Origin: Epithemia pelagica
Lineage: Eukaryota > Protista > Bacillariophyta
Length of the DNA stretch: 64,000 nt
Assembly (NCBI GenBank): GCA_946965045.2
Contig: OX337234.1
Location: 2,232,001 to 2,296,000 of the forward strand
Reading direction: 5' to 3'
Shown: positions 62,685 through 64,000 of the stretch, one piece after another
Layout: each line of letters begins with the position of its first letter
Position numbering within the stretch: the first letter of the stretch is position 1
The notes under the pieces: model-generated
Database searches by the model: none
Told to the model about the DNA's origin: nothing
Seen by the model: only the letters and a program-made list of their open reading frames with translations
Made by a program: the position numbers and the translations under genes

Positions 62685-64000
62685 CCAAGAAATCCTTCCT
62701 CCGAGACACTGCCCGGTGCCCGACTGCCCATGGCAAGTGCCTCCACAATCCAACAAACCACATGCGTCCCTCAAGGAGCATCTCATCACCACCCACGGGG
62801 AAACAAACCCCTCCGACTACATGACCACCAAATACTGCAGCCAACATGGGTTCCACTTGTGTCAAGAATGCGACACACCGACGACAATATTCACAACACA
62901 AGGACACCTAAGAACACACATAACAAAAAAACATACTAGAAGTAAAACAAACATGCAACTAGTCCTTACAACCTACCGGAATACAACGCCAGAGATCGAA
63001 AACAACTGGAAGCAAAGCCTTGCCTTCCTGAACCAACTTCGCCCAAGCCCGCCCCCGTTCAGACGGTCCATATGGCACAAGACCAAACCCCCACTCAGGT
63101 CAGAATTTTATGTCACGTATAACAACGTGATAAAATGGGTCCTCGAATCAACGCCGACGTTGGCCCCAGCAATCCTCCGTGATCACACACTACCCAAACA
63201 CGACACCGACTCCAGCCCCCTCTGGAAGCTATTGCTCCTCCTGGAACCATTACTGTTGGCCCCCATCCAAAACACCGTCCACTTGACATACTCCAACGCT
63301 TTCCGTGCCAGACTTTCCCTGCTCAAAACAGGAAGAATCGAGGAACTCTACAACACAATTTGGCACCCAACACCACTGCCGCTCCAACCACAAAACAGAC
63401 AGCACAAGAAAAAACGACAACAGAAACAACGACTGAACACCCACAGCGACGGTCCAAACCTTCCACAGTGGAGACTCACCGCGGCCCAACACACCGCCGA
63501 CCTGGGAAACTACCGAGCAGCACTCAAAAGGCTGACGACGAATACTCCAACAGCAACCTTAACCCCACCAAGAATTGCAAGATGTCAGACAGAACTTTTC
63601 CCAAAACGACGACAACCACCACCTGGTACACGAGCACAAGGCCACACCAACTTACCGCCACCAACAAACCAATACCTGAAGCTAGAAGACAACATGACCG
63701 AACTAGCACTCCGACAAATGAAACCCGGAACGGCATCGGGACCGTTCGCCACATGCACCGACATACTAGCCGCAATGGCATTACATCGAACAACACGAGC
63801 GAAAGACGCCACCAAGCCATACTTCGGAAACATAAAAGCTCTCCTCCAACTGGTGGTGACCGCTCAGGTACCTCCACCGATACAAACATTGCTTGCCAGC
63901 AATTATTTCTTGGCGCTGCACAAAGACATCACCAACCCAGAAAAATTACGACCGATCGGAATTGGAACGGCGATTCGAAGAGTTGCCGCCAAAACAGCTC
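62677..64000 (+). CDS. Retrotransposon ORF2 (two C2H2 fingers plus N-terminal part of reverse transcriptase), open to window end
   Basis: Manual translation from ATG 62677 has no stop to 64000 (the ORF track omits it). CPVPDC...HLITTH, CQEC...HITKKH, MKPGTASGP, and ALHKDITNPEKLRPIGIGTAIRRVAAK (RPI motif typical of CRE/R2-type RTs). Confidence 0.88.
   Translation, partial: MSNQEILPPRHCPVPDCPWQVPPQSNKPHASLKEHLITTHGETNPSDYMTTKYCSQHGFHLCQECDTPTTIFTTQGHLRTHITKKHTRSKTNMQLVLTTYRNTTPEIENNWKQSLAFLNQLRPSPPPFRRSIWHKTKPPLRSEFYVTYNNVIKWVLESTPTLAPAILRDHTLPKHDTDSSPLWKLLLLLEPLLLAPIQNTVHLTYSNAFRARLSLLKTGRIEELYNTIWHPTPLPLQPQNRQHKKKRQQKQRLNTHSDGPNLPQWRLTAAQHTADLGNYRAALKRLTTNTPTATLTPPRIARCQTELFPKRRQPPPGTRAQGHTNLPPPTNQYLKLEDNMTELALRQMKPGTASGPFATCTDILAAMALHRTTRAKDATKPYFGNIKALLQLVVTAQVPPPIQTLLASNYFLALHKDITNPEKLRPIGIGTAIRRVAAKTA

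Larger units (their letters stand above)
59121..64000 (+). mobile_element. Non-LTR retrotransposon, CRE/R2-like (restriction-like-endonuclease class), 3' truncated by window; 5' boundary approximate
   Basis: Abrupt switch to an A/C-rich plus strand; two long overlapping ORFs; ORF2 has zinc fingers and the start of an RT domain. Confidence 0.85.

Noticed and set aside
59220-63889. Several 80-280 aa minus-strand ORFs over the retroelement
   Set aside because: They are V/L/G/C-rich antisense shadows of the A/C-biased coding strand.

Overview
Eukaryotic, gene-dense nuclear DNA that looks like a diatom (inferred from short 65-135 nt GT-AG introns, signal-peptide+Phe bipartite plastid presequences and the gene content). 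A block of housekeeping genes (about 6.9-58.8 kb) lies between two mobile elements. Left end (1-6808): a Ginger/KRBA2-type DDE-integrase DNA transposon-like element, truncated by the window. On the minus strand it encodes a frameshifted, intron-containing polyprotein (NLS, HHCC+DDE integrase, 7-aa repeat array, Ulp1/C48 protease, CXC Cys cluster). On the plus strand, overlapping it tail-to-tail, is a TET/JBP-like Fe(II) dioxygenase. This is the strongest candidate for an undescribed system. Right end (about 59.1 kb to the end): an apparently intact two-ORF CRE/R2-like non-LTR retrotransposon. Host genes include a family-16 methyltransferase, plastid PNPase, TPR protein, AP sigma subunit, YGGT protein, divergent aquaporin-like protein, ankyrin-BTB protein, WW-GT7 glycosyltransferase, an H2B/H2A.X pair, phytol-kinase-like protein, DUF711, CBM20-TPS/TPP, FAAH-type amidase, coatomer beta', CMS1, a hotdog thioesterase and a GalM-NTMT1 fusion. 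Three genes are each broken by one in-frame stop. All family assignments come from motif recognition by eye; no database search was run.
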